Virus record (IMG/VR): IMGVR_UViG_3300028676_000003
Location: 1 to 64,000 of that record
Strand: one strand, 5' to 3'
DNA length: 64,000 nucleotides
The position numbers were made by a program, and so were the translations under genes. Positions 19,734-33,953 of this stretch are shown here, piece by piece; the stretch's first letter is position 1, and every line of letters starts with the position of its first letter. A model generated the notes under the pieces. That model did not search any database and was not told the origin of the DNA. It worked only from the letters and a program-made list of their open reading frames with translations.

Positions 19734-22700
19734 ATGCTACTAGGAAAACCATTAGAATCAGAAATCCATAATAATCTATATGATTTATATACCAGTCATG
19801 GACGTATTGCTCATAATCGAAAATGGGAACGAAAACTATTATTACGTTTCTTTGAACTTGAAATGGTTTGGTGTGAAAGAGTTGGAATGACAGATGTTCA
19901 ATTCAAGCGAATAATGAAGAAGATTAACAAACGAAAACGCAAGGAAAATGCTATTAGGAAACAAAATAAGGATTAGAGACCAAGGCGGTAGAGCTATTTG
20001 GTGTGAAGTTGAAGATGAAATAAAAAGAAATGCAACTGAATATATCAATACTATTGTTAATCGCTTATTATGGACAAGGGTAATGGATGAAGTAGGTGAA
20101 ATATCAAGATACAAGATAAAAATATGAAATTAGGACAACCATTTGACTATGAAATAGCTGAGAGCTTAAACCATTTGTACGAAAATAGTGTTCATTTTCT
20201 ACAGAACCGTCTTTTTGATACCGAGACATATTTGCTATTAGATAACATCAATGTATTTGGTGCTTTGATGGTTAGTAGCGTATATATTCCAAGTCTTGAT
20301 GATGATGATTTTTAGATTAACTTGTATTTCTCGTTTATTAATCGTATCTTTGTATCATGAAAGTAGGTAGGTGTTATAAGGAGCAACTAAACCATGAGAT
20401 GAATCATGTTCGGTTTAGAATCGAAAATGTGATTGAGAAATCTAATGATTTAGAGAATGAATCTTTATTACGTCTATTTGGATTTAATTTCAGATTAAAT
20501 AATTTAGGAATATGAATTTAGGAATAAAGGTAAGTCCAAGGTGTCCAAGGCTATATGATAATCTACTTGATGATGTAAATATAGTTTGTGTGTTAAGGCC
20601 ACAAATACCGATTTATCGAATGAAAGACAGGATAGTTAGAGGAATTTTTAATTTATTTATGATAGATGAAATTAGGTAATCAACCGAAAAAGAAACTTGA
20701 ATATGAAACAGTTTATTATGAAATTATAAATGGTATCAGTGATGAACCGTTTTATATAAGAAATAATAACCTTATATACAATCTTTCAGCAGAAATTGGA
20801 GAAGAATTAATAGTCTTTAAAGTATTAAAAGTATGAAGCTTATACCAATAAACAGAGGTAGTGTTGCGACACCAATCTCAACAGAACGAACCAATATGTG
20901 GTATAGTATTGTAAAAATAAAGAATTGGGAATTAGAGGAAGTAAGAAACACTATAAAGGATAATGTAATTGAAACCGTATTCGGGTTAACCCAATTCAAC
21001 AATAAAATGAAGATATGAAATTAGTTCCAATAGCATTTAGATATAAAATCATGCAACTGAACGCTACGCTTTGTGAACATGTAATGGATAATGAGAGAAG
21101 ACAGAAAAAAGTTCATGAATATTGGTCAGTTTGGAAGTTGAGGGTCCGACAAGATGTATTTGCAAATCAATTTACTAATATGGTCAAATGGAAGTAGGAA
21201 AACAGATAACAAGCGAAGCTCTTGAACTCTATAAGGTAATTATCATTACTAAGAAAGAGGTTGAAGAAGTTGTTCTGTTCACTGGTAATAGAAATATGGA
21301 CCCGATAATATCACTAAGATGGACACTAACAGCACTGGCGCAACAATTTGAATTAGATATATGAAATTAGGAAGACAATTAACGAAGGAAGATTTAGTAC
21401 CATGGAGTATTTATCACGAGTTAAGTAGGGATGCTAATACCAAAGCTCATATGCATGCAATGAATGAAGGGTTTAGAGACCTAGATAATTTAAGGGAGTC
21501 AATAGTAATTATGTTAGTAACTTACGGTAGATTTAATTCATTATGGAACTAGGAAAAGAAATACAAAATAAATTTACCTGTTGGGAAGTTTATGAAAAGG
21601 TACGCAGAGAAACTGAAAAGAATTCAAATGAATTTCAATCATTAAAAAAATTAAAACTAAAACTAAGTAGTTATAATCTAATTGTATGGATTTAGGAAAG
21701 ACAACCAACTATAATAAGCAAAGGTTTAATACAGTAATGCTAAGGCTTAAGCTTATTAATCGGAGCGGATGTATTTCAGCTAATGAAGTTTATAATATGA
21801 GATATAGATTTGAAGGTTTATTATTAACACCAAGAATAAATAAATTAATATGAAATTAACAAAGCCCGATAGAAACATTCATTTAACCTTATTTGTTTTA
21901 GGTATGAAAATAAAAGCTTATACGCAAAGAGCACATATCTTTGATATGATTGAAGTAACAGAACAAACAATTATTTTTGATGAAACACCAAGTATGTTAT
22001 GAAACTAGGAGAAAAACCATATTTCAATCTTCAACAATATATTCAATCTAAATGTGCTGAAACACTCTTTTATGAAGTTGAAATTGAATCGAAAATAGAA
22101 ATCCTATTCAGATTTTTAGTTTTGGATATAACATGTAAAAACTTATGAAACTAGGAAATAAAACAAGCAAAAGGAATATTGCAAACTTCAAGGAAGAACA
22201 CACAAGAAAGATGTTCAATACGAACGAAGCCTATGCAGTATGGCATATGTTTAATCGTATTAATAGGAAGATGATTAATACTCATGATATAACAATACCA
22301 TGGAATTAGGAATACCTGTAAGGATTAATTTTTATGATGAAAAAAATCCAATCCGTAAGTTAAAGAACGATATTTGGAGTTTTGTAGCTCCATTTGTTAT
22401 GTTACGTGACGCTCATGAACCATTTAATATTAGACCAAGTGTCGTAAATGGAATAATTAACCAAGATTTAGAAAATAGTTTTGATGAATTATGAAGCTAG
22501 GACAAAACATAAAAAAGAAAAATTCTCCAAGGAGACTGGTTGATATTACTGTAGCCCAGTTGAATATTGATTTACATATTCACCTTACAATAATTGGATT
22601 AGAATATAGAGTAATCATGGAATTAGGTAAATATACTAACATATGCGTTTAGGAGCAAGAACAGGAGCAACACTAGGTACGCTCATCGATATTGAAACAC

Positions 22701-25700
22701 CAATGTTTGAGATTATCAAACAAAATATAAATAACAATAAAGCGGGAAATCAGTTACTGAGTAACGTTAGCCGACCAATAAGTAGGATTCATAATTCAAT
22801 TTGGACAGCGGTAAACTTTAAATTAATGACATATGAAGCTAGGACAGAATATAAAAGAAGATTACAGGACGGGAATAGATTTTGGCCTTTTTTTTAGTAA
22901 AAATGGACAAATAACTGGTACTGGAATGCAGATATTTAGTAAAATAACAAGACACTTGATAGCATTAGAAACACTAAATGTAAATGAAATTAGGAGAAGC
23001 TAAAAGCAGACAATCACGTAGAAATATCAAAGAAGTGGTTACAACAGATAGTATTATGATGCTAATTAATCAGTTTAGACCTCTTATTCCAAACGGACCC
23101 AATAAATTTATTGGAAGATTAAACAGATATAATATTTACATCAATGAGATTAGGTAAACCAATCCTTCATCAACTAACAATGAGCCTTAACTTTGTGTTT
23201 AAGTATCAAAAATTTGACTCGAAGGTTTCTTCGTTAAAGAGAAAATGGAACTTTCAACAATTTGAAATTATTACAATTACACACTTATGAAACTAGGAGA
23301 AAAGATACATAACTATGAAGATATTGAAAATTTAATAAAATCACCTCTTGATGATAAGCACATGTTCAACGGAAAGTATGAATTGGCTAGACTTATTAGA
23401 AGACTGATGATTAACTATAATGTTTTTGTAAGAGAAGAGCAAATATGAAACTAGGGAAAAGAGTTGCTAATTATCGAGATATTGAGTTTTACATTAAAGG
23501 TATTCTTGATGATAAATACATGTACTATGATGTACCTAAAGAAGCACGAAGTATAAGAAGCAATAGAAGTTATAATATTTTTATTTATATGGACATATTC
23601 AATAATTTAAGATGAAACTAGGAGAACCATTAATGAAACGAAACTTAGGTGTTCTCAACATGAATATTAGATATCTACTTGATAATACAGGTCAGAATAT
23701 TAAACCCGCAGATTTTTTATTGGTTCGAGGACTGAGAAGAAGAGTAGTAATGTATAATTTTAGAGCAACACAACGAGAAATATGGAATTAGGAAATAGAA
23801 TAAGTGATAGTAGAAAACATATCTATTATGAGATAAAATCTACTTGTGTGAAATCTAGCGAATTAGAAGCTAAACGATTGAGAACCAACCTAATTGATTG
23901 TAACATACACATAGCAAGAATAAGATGAAGCTAGGAAATACGTTAAAAAATAATTTACATGTTGAAATTAAAACTATTCCAAGTAACTTGTTAGTGAAAA
24001 TGGACCACAAGCGACCTAATAATCCATTCTTTCAAAGTGATAATATGATGATACAAGCTTACAACAGAATGACATTGTATTTGGGAAATATTGTTAAAAT
24101 AATAAATAATCCATGAAACTAGGAAAGAAAACAGACATAAAATGGTCCGAAATGGGAATGATGCAGACCGATATGGTTAAAATAATAGCCAGTAATTCAA
24201 AATTCGTTTATCCAATCATTCTTAGGATTGAAAGACAATTAACCGATTTTAAAGAAATGATAAGCTATGACGCTAGGGAAGCCTATATCCAAATCCAGTA
24301 ATTACTATAACCGAATACTCGCTATTGAAACTGTTCGTAATCAAATGGGTGGACAATTTCTTATGAAGGATATACACTTTGAATATTTAGATGAACAAAG
24401 AAAAAGTCGTGAAGTAGGAGTATTCGATTTAATGGTTGTTTATAAAGATATGACACTATGAAACTAGGAAAAAAAACTAACCATGAGGCAATCTATAATG
24501 GATTATATGTAGCTAAGCAAAGTATACTGAAAACAATAACGCAACATTTACATACTAAGTATTTAGAAGCGAGACAAAGCTTAGGTGTTAGACAAAGTAT
24601 TGTAAATACAATTTGGATTCAAATAATATAATATGAAAATAGGGAAATCACTTAGGCAGAACACTAAGATTTTTAGGACACAAGGACTTGATATGCTAAT
24701 AACATACCAAATCCTCTATGCTAAGGCAAGCCACTATTCGTCATTGGATATTATAGACTTCTTTAGGGAGTTCAGAATTACAACATTTAGTAATGATAAC
24801 ACACTATTCATATGAAAATAGGAAAATCATTTAAGATGGAAATAGGTTGTAATAGAAGAGAAATGATTGATTCAATGATTGAAAACAAAGACTTATATAT
24901 AATGTCAAGACAACACAGAACACAAGCTATTATTGATTATTTTAGCGGATATATACCAACAACATTTCGATATGGACTTAGGAAATAGTACAGTAAAACG
25001 ATTCAACACAAAAAAGATGCTTCAACTCATTTATCTCAGACAGTATCGAATGAACGTCAGTAACGAATGGCGTAAGAATGGTAAAAGATTCTCTTTGGTT
25101 TATCCAAATGATACATTTATGCCGTTGTTGAATCGTTACGGACCAACAATAAAATTATGAATTTAGGACCCTCAAAATATAATACTCTAGGAAAAAAAGT
25201 ATTTTATGAAGTATTAGAACGAACATATCAAATCTATCATACTATGGCAAAGCTTAGTATTGAAGACACACCAACACCACTTAACGTAGTTGAAAGTGAA
25301 ATAAAACAAATTAGAATATGGACATAGGAAAACAAGTAACACAGATGCTAACGCTGGACATTACATCACAAATATTAAACAAGATATATAATCAATATCA
25401 GGTCGTTATACATAGTACTGGTGTAGACTTATTCATGAGGTTTAATGTAGAAAGACACAAGCAATGGATTTAGGGAAATCAGTAAATGAGAAATTACTAA
25501 ATAATATAACAATTGAAGTATTCAATAAAATATACTATATGCTAGGTAATGGTAATGCTTTTGGAATGGATTATTTTATTAGTCTCGAATTTGATGAAGG
25601 TATAGAATGGATATAGGGAAATCACAAGTTTATTTGGTACAACAGTATGTAACGATGGTAGTTGTCAATAAGATATATATTGTTCCATTTGATAGACCAA

Positions 25701-28700
25701 AAGAAATGAGATGGAATAATTTTCGGACAAGTTTCGTTGAACAAAGACTTAAGTTATGATTCTAGGAAAGCTACAAAGAAAAAATATTGGTATGCCAATG
25801 AGATGTGTTCATAATGAAGTTAGAACCATGTTGATACATTCAGATAAAGATGGACGAACAGAAGTCTTACAAACAACCGATAAAATTCTATCATTAACGA
25901 GAAGAAATATTGAGATATGAAACTGGGAAACACACAAAAAGTTCACTTAGGAACTGAACTTAAATATGTTAATTGGAACGTTAGAAGCAAGGTTGAAGAT
26001 AAAGCAACGAGAAGCGCAACACTACCAATAATGCGAATTTTTGTCAGAATAACATTCAGTTCAATAAGAGAAATATGAAACTAGGCGATATAAAAAAAAA
26101 TGATATAAAGGTTGTTGTTTCTGATTGGCATAAAGAATCAGTATTTGATTTTCCTTTTAAATTTGGACTAAGTAATTATTACATCTTTTCAAGATTTAGA
26201 AGAACAGTAACAGTAGGACAAAATTTTAGTTTATGATATTAGGTAAGAAAATAGATAACGGCAAGTTCATTCAGAATGAAATTAAAACATTTCGTACAAG
26301 ACAAAATTATATGAAAGATTTAGAAATAAATCGTTATGTTTATGACCAAAGTCTTAGTGTATTTAATACAGTTAGAATTAATCTTAGCTTCATTTATCAT
26401 CTAGCATATAAATTTTACTTATGGATATAGGAGAATACACAGGTAAGCTGATAACAAAGACGATATCTAAGATAATTGAAGGAACTGGTAAAAACATTCA
26501 TTCAAAAAGAAATGTTCCACGTGGAACATTTCATCAACCATTAGAACCAATTGATATATGGTTCAGCATAACAACCCAAATGAATAGATTATGAACATAG
26601 GTAAAACAGTAGAATCACAAGTAAGAAGCGAATTAGCAACGGCAAAGCTATATGAGCAGTGTTTTCATCACGAATTACATAGCAGAATGTCAAAAGAAGT
26701 ACATAAGCTAATTGATGCTAGTATTTGGGATAGCCTAATTGAGAAGGTAACTGTTATCGCTAAGTGTGAAGAGTTGGAACGATGGAATTACGAAGCAATG
26801 AGTCAATGGAATTATGAAAATAGGTAAAGAAGTGGTTAATACAATACAAACTAGACTAGGACCTATATATGGAAATTGTTTTATTTATAATAAGATTCCT
26901 ATGAGTAGAAGGATTCATGAACAAGTAAGGAAACGAATATGGAACAACTTAGATTCAACAGTAGTTCAAATTACTATTCTTAATTTAGAAAAATTATGAA
27001 TTTAGGAAAAGAAATTGGTAGAGAACTTAACAGCAAATGTTATAGGGGACTGCATCAATTTACAAGTTATCATCATTTGGAACGCAAGGTATCTAAAGAG
27101 TTATGGTCGTATCTTGATGAACGGATTTGGGATAGAGTAATTGACATAGCACAATTGGCTTCGAATGGAGTTGATGATAGTAAAACACTGGAAGAAGAAT
27201 GAAAATAGGAAAAAGAGTAATACCGATTGGTCCAAAAGACACATACAATGAAATTACACGTGGTATGATGCTTGAAATTAAAGGAAAGGTTAAGTATAAT
27301 CCAATTATGGATGTTGTAGATAATACTTGGACAAGGATATTTATTCGTCTAATAAATTTTCAAAATATGTTATGAAATTAGGAAAATCACTAAATTACGA
27401 AACTGGTGTTTACCAAAGCGGTATTCAATCAATAACTGATAACTATACTAGGAAAGGACAAACAGAAGACATACGAATTGAGTTGATACGTCCGTTAAGA
27501 CGTATGAAACAACGAGTGAAAGCCACGTTAAATGACATGACAAGGATAGATAGCTTGAGGTTCTTTACAATTATTGATTTCGACGATGCAGAATTAGACC
27601 AAACTGAAAGTATAATATGAAACTAGGACATGCACCAATTAGATGAATATAGGAAATAAGTTAGATAATACTATCTTACATAAGCAACAAATATTGCTTA
27701 AACAAGAAATGGGTCAACAAATAAGGTTTAATGGTAATGTATTAACAAATTATGACGTGGTTGATTTGTTCATAATAATAAGACATGCAGTAACAAATCA
27801 AATACGTGGATATAGGAAAAACAACAAGTGATGAAATATATTTTAATATAAGTGATTTTCATCTTAAGATACTCACACAGGAAAATCACAATATGTTCAC
27901 AAGAACTAGAAGAGAAGAAATGCTTTTGATTGTATTTCAAATACCACGAAACCTGAGAGTAAGTCTGAAATTAAAAGTAGGAAAAAGATGATATTAGGAA
28001 ATAGCACAAGAGATAACGTAAGCATGTGTTCAAGCAACATCAATCATAATCTATTGACTACCATACAAGGTACAATAAGAAGAGGTGTAAGACAGCGCAA
28101 AGAAGAATTAGCTCTAATTGTCTTCATGTATGAAAGAATAAATTCATTGAGGAAATTATGAAATTAGGAAAATCAATTCAAGGAGTATCAGGTAAAATAA
28201 ATAGTGATTTATTCAATAATTGTTATAAACACAGGTTTAATGACCTGACTTCAATGAAGTTATATGAATTAGTTTATGTAGCGATTTGGCAGAAGACTAG
28301 TCGAAGATTATATATTAATATGTCAATTATTAATATATTAATACCAATATAATTCACGATATGAAATTAGGACAAGAACAATCAAGAGCATTACATAAAC
28401 AAAGAACCCTCATGCTTCTTAGAATGATGAAAGAGAAGAACGAGAAAACAAAAAACATTAAAGTAGTAGCACAAATATTCAACAGAATAAGACTACAAAG
28501 AATAAGCTTATGAAATTAGGAAATAACATAGACCCAAAAGGAATATTTAATAAGATATTTCCAACTGGAATAAGCATTGTATCAATAGTTGTTTCAGCAA
28601 ACAGACTAATAAAAATGAATGTTCATTCAAGCAAAGAAGCCTATCAGGCAAGTAGGGGAATGGATATCGGAAACATTCTTTCAGTAGAAGTTGATATTGA

Positions 28701-31700
28701 CCATAATACAATTATTCACAATTACTCACAACCAACAGAATTATGAAAATAGGAGAACACACATCAATGAAATTATCTTTCGGCTTTGTACAAGACTTAT
28801 GGTTCGCATTGACTAGTGAACAAAATAAGACACTTAAGGACGCTGAGTATGTAACTAAGCCTGAAATACGCATAGGAATACCACAAATTGAATATGCTAT
28901 TTATGACGGGTGTAATTCATGTGCAGGATGAAACTAGGAAAATCGATAGGCGGGTTAATGGAAACTAAGGTTGCATTAAACACACTAGGAATGGCTTACC
29001 AATTAACAGAGGAAAGATATATCGGTTCAATTGATACTCGGTTTATGACCCTGAGATTTACCAAACCAAATACGGTAGTATGGTGGGAGCTTCAAGAAGA
29101 TAGAGATTTGGACCAAATGATTAAAAATATTAACGATGAAAATAGGTAATAAAACAGATAAAACACTAATAACTAGTGAAATGGAGAAAACGATTGTTAA
29201 TCATGTATGTTTACAAGTAAGAAGAATTGACTATCGTAACTTCAAAGAAATTAATTTAGTTTCTGATAATATTAGTCGATTATGTGGTTATATCAGCCAA
29301 AAGGTAATAACCTTAGATACATTAAGAAGATGGAGTTAGGAAAGAAATTACATAGACATACTGATACCGTGGCTTATTTCGTTGAAGGAATGGTTAATGC
29401 TGACTTTCATAGAGATAACACTAAGATTGCTTATCAATTCCTTAGAGAAGTCAGAACGAGACTTGATAACCAACTTGAACAATTCAAGATAAGAAACATT
29501 ATACACAGAAAACCATTACCACGTAGAAAACCATAATTATATGAAATTAGGACCAACACAGAAACACCACATAATGTCACCGCTTAACGATATACCTTTA
29601 GGTTGTCATATCACATTTATCAATGAGAAGATGGTGTTGTATGATACAGCAGAAACCATACGAATTTATTTGGATGATTTCATGGTTAAGATTGATTTCA
29701 CAGATATAGGAATTGACTCATTAGAACTTTATAGAATATGAACATAGGAGAATCAAAAAACAGAGAAGTATTCAATGCGCTGGCAGAAGTTCCGACAAGT
29801 TGGCAGTTCTATAACAAACAAGGAAATCTTTATATTGTAAATGATGATACAACCATACAGATTCATATAAGAAACTTTACGATTAGATATCCCGAAGAAA
29901 TCTTAAGTCTATATGAACCACCAAATGAAGAACCCTAATGGAATTAGGAAAAGACATTAAAAGACAGCCAAGCATCTATTCGATAGAAGAAACAATATTC
30001 AACTATACTGAAATTAGGGTCCTCAGAGAACCAATCACTAGAATGAGACTCAGACTAATAAGACAAATGCCACGAACAGGAAGCAGATTTAAATTATGAA
30101 AATAGGAAAAAACATAGAACCAAAACCAACAGCAACGATTCTTAACAGAAGTCTAGCTGATAAGATGTGGAAGACCGTAACAACCAGTGTTCATTTTAAT
30201 GCACGTCAAGGAATGAATAGACCAATGCGAATGATAAGAGACCTAATGGGGATAACATTTGATTTATGATACTAGGAGAGAACAAAAGAAGCATGTGGAA
30301 CAATACAAAGGTACTTGAAAATTCAAGTGTATTTAGAAGCCAAATGATAGGACAAATCAACGAGACATATTCCAAGGAATATAAAGCTCATATATGGGAT
30401 ATAGGGTTTAAAAGGATGCCTGAATTATTAAGAAATAAATTATTTATACGTGATACTAGGTAAATCAATGCTCAAAGATTTCTATTACATTGAAACAGGG
30501 ATGATAAGAACCGAAATGATGAAAGTTATTATTAAAAGTAGGATATTGGTTAAGATTAATAAAACATTTCCCAATGCAAACAGAAATAATATATGGAATC
30601 AATTCATAAGTATGCAAACTCTAAAAATAACAAATATACGATGATACTAGGAAAATCACAGAAGATACCACAACCCAAACGCAGATTTACCAATGATAAT
30701 CCAATATTGACTAATCTAACAGCACAATGGGATGAGATAGAGAAAACACCAAATAATCTTAACGAATACTATAAGTATAGAGACACACAAGACTATTTGT
30801 TGATATTCAGTATTCTAGGCATCTATAAACGAAAATTAAGATTTTATAGATGAAATTAGGAAAACCACAAGGCTTTGATTTAGTAGGAAAAACATCAGCG
30901 TTTAGAGCTATAACACAATGGGAGATTTACGGAAATACAACAGGCGATATGACATTCCTTATATGGAATATGTCAGAGAACATAAATCTAATTAGAGTAA
31001 AAAGAATAAATCAACCATTATGAAAATAGGTAATTCACTATCTAAAAAATATACCAAGCTTGTAGAAAATATTGTACAACACACATATAATGAATATAGA
31101 AAAAATACTGAAAAATATCTTAAATCTATAAACAGAGAGAATACAAGACCAATAGGAACTGCTAAACCTCAGAATATATGAAACTAGGCTACCCAATAAA
31201 GAAATATAAGCTTCTTAAGCTCGTTGAATCAGGGTTTACGTCTCCTGATATGAATGTGGGCTATATGAACCAAGTTTGGAATATGAATAGTGATGTGTAT
31301 ATAAGCAGAATACTAATGATTAAACCTTTAATACTAAGACATTGGAAATAGGAAAACACATACCAAATCATCTGCCTGAGAACAAGTATCTGCATAAGAT
31401 AGCACAACTCAGAATGTTCTTCTTTAAGTCGATTCGAGTTGAATATTATCTATATAACCATGTAGTAAATAGAATGTGGATTAAAGTAACTCAATTAGTA
31501 GAACCAATAACAAATAACGAAATATGAACCTAGGAAAACCAAAACACCAATGGGAAGAAAGATTTGATATGTATCTTTTAAGAAGCGAAATATCAGCAAG
31601 GGTTTCTCTTAGCTTTAAGACTCCTGAAAGACACGATATATGGAATAAATTAGTGATAACAAGACTTATAATAGGAAATATACAAAAGATATGAAATTAG

Positions 31701-33884
31701 GAAAAACAAAAAAAACCGTATTACATAAAGAGAATATAACAATGTGGAAAGGTTTCTTTCTTGAAATTGACAATCTAACAACAGGAAGAGTAAGATATCA
31801 TCCAATTGGGATGGATAGAAAGATAAATAGACAAACTCAGCTAAATTTAAAATTGAAGTGATGAAATTAGGAAAATCAGTAATAAAATTATATAGAGGAA
31901 TATCACAATTCTCTAATCTTAGTCCTATAACAGTAAGTTGGAACCTCAACCTAGCAGTAGGAAGAAAGATACATGACCCTGACGTAGCTATGCCGATTAA
32001 AAGCTATTTAATGTTGGAGTTTATGGAACTAATAATAACCACCGAATTTAACCACATATGAACCTAGGAGAACAAATACAATACTTACCTGATAATAAGT
32101 ATCTTAAAAGAGATGCTAATCTAAGGTTTGTCTTATTTAAAACACAACCAAAAGTAGACCTTGATATTAAAATATATGTAGGTAAACTAACTTGGGCCAG
32201 CGTTGAAAGACACCTTAGAACAATTAAACCCAATATATATGAATCTAGTATATGAAACTAATACATATCAATACAACCAAATATAGACATGACCAACTTA
32301 TGGATATGTCAGAAATGAGATACTATATGAAAGAACAAATAGATGATAACGATATTGATAACCATGATGTAAAAACTCCTATACGAAATATCGCAAGAAA
32401 TCTAATAGAAATCAATAGACGAAAACTTAAAACACCCAAGGTATGATACTTAAGCCAATCCTAATGAAAAGAAATAAGACAAACCAAATAGCTGATGTTG
32501 AAGATATGAGATATCTAATGATGAGATATATTAATGAAGCAAACCTCGTTGATAGTAAAAACCTTATATGGCAAATCAGAACAAACCTATTAGAAATCAA
32601 TAGAAGAATACCAAGAAACATATGATACTAGGAAAACAAGTAAAAACAAAAATAGGTGAAATGGCAATACCGAATGGTGTTCCTTTAGCAATGTATAGCA
32701 ATGATAGTCCAATTTTTATGGTGTATGATAGAATAAGAAGACTACTAGGACATAAAAGTAGAACCAATATAATATTATGAAACTAGGAAAACGAATAAAC
32801 CCAGACGTAAGAGCAGAAACAAGAGATATCATTATACATACTATTCACTACTTTGAACACAATATAGTTAAAAAGTCTGATTTTTATAAGATACAAGATA
32901 TGTACGGAAATATCCTAAGAGACCTTAAGCCATATGTAACCGCCCATAACGACATTTTAAAGGAAAAAACGGACCACAGAGAATATATAATACAAAGATA
33001 AACAAAATGAACATAGGAAACCATATAACCAAATACAAATACTCATTTGAACAATCTAACGATAAAACATATATAAGGCTTCCTATGTGTAAGTATATAG
33101 ATAAAGGATATGCATATCATACACAACAAATCATAAGGCAAATGACAGATAAAATGATTAGCATACTTATGAATAAAATAAGACAAATATGACTCTAGGA
33201 AAAGAAGTTGAAGACATAAGATATAAAATCTTAAGAAGACAAGACCTATACGGAATGAGAAGCGAAATGCTTAATATCATCCATAATGAGAACCATTCTA
33301 CCGTGATAAATCTTATATGGGAAATGCCTACACGGATGCCAAGGACCCTCACACAACAAATACCTCGGATATGAAGCTCGGAAGGAATATAAGAAAAACA
33401 AGGAATATTGCCGTTGAAATTATACGAAATGAATCATGTAAGCAACTACTCGACAAATGCGCCCCTAAAGCCTATAATTACCACACGAACTATACCAATA
33501 ACAAAAGAAAACCACTTCAACTACAAACAGAACTATTATGAACATAGGAAACCATATAATACAAAAAAGAATAATACATCATGAAAAAACAAATATGATT
33601 AAAATAATGATACACGTAATCATAGAGAAATATACCATACAAACAAGAGACCTCGTATGGGAAAATACCATTGTTGACCCAATAATCCTAATGAGAAAAA
33701 TACAAGAAATATGAAACTAGGAAAACACTTAAGAAAGGAAACACATATATTCTGCGGTTCCGATAAACTTAGCGAAAAGATAGTAGACGACCTTATTCAG
33801 AGTCATGTCTATAAAGAACTATGCCAAGTAAGAAGAGACTTGAATTTCGAACTCATCCCACCTAAGTATCATCTAATATATTAA
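19734..33884 (+). repeat. MKLG microprotein array, block C (about 82 units, mean period about 170 bp)
   Basis: Starts at 19734, 19948, 20124, 20357, 20512, 20666, 20833, 21015, 21188, 21361, 21543, 21686, 21850, 21999, 22145, 22300, 22491, 22617, 22643, 22833, 22984, 23144, 23287, 23445, 23612, 23782, 23925, 24113, 24267, 24458, 24633, 24812, 24972, 25157, 25318, 25464, 25607, 25756, 25917, 26075, 26233, 26421, 26591, 26814, 26996, 27199, 27372, 27617, 27643, 27806, 27988, 28158, 28361, 28510, 28743, 28928, 29136, 29330, 29541, 29738, 29938, 30096, 30266, 30450, 30641, 30850, 31020, 31178, 31342, 31524, 31691, 31861, 32058, 32252, 32443, 32622, 32777, 33007, 33189, 33371, 33538, 33711. Confidence 0.9.
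26513..26528. promoter_or_regulatory. parS: parS-like centromere palindrome
   Basis: TGTTCCACGTGGAACA (inside a perfect 20-bp palindrome at 26511-26530) matches the bacterial parS consensus. Confidence 0.7.
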
Positions 33885-33899
33885 AGAAACATATAACGC

Positions 33900-33940
33900 A
33901 CACATTTGTGTACATTCGCTGGCTCATGGCCTTCGGCACA
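33900..33940. repeat. bipartite repeat copy (ACACATTTGTGTACAT + ATGGCCTTCGGCACA)
   Basis: Both halves recur at 34328-34343 and 34361-34375. Confidence 0.8.
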
Positions 33941-33953
33941 TAACAAATCCATA

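Noticed and set aside
12656-33884. MKLG array as a CRISPR array
   Set aside because: The repeat is only about 11 nt and degenerate, the spacers are about 160 nt open reading frames, and there are no cas genes in the window.
12656-33884. MKLG array as an integron cassette array
   Set aside because: No attC-like inverted repeats between units (the ORFs overlap) and no tyrosine integrase in the window.
12656-33884. Diversity-generating retroelement
   Set aside because: No reverse transcriptase and no TR/VR pair differing only at adenines was seen; one could still lie outside the window.
12656-33884. TAGG as a Shine-Dalgarno sequence
   Set aside because: It lies downstream of the start codon, and Bacteroidota generally initiate without SD pairing.
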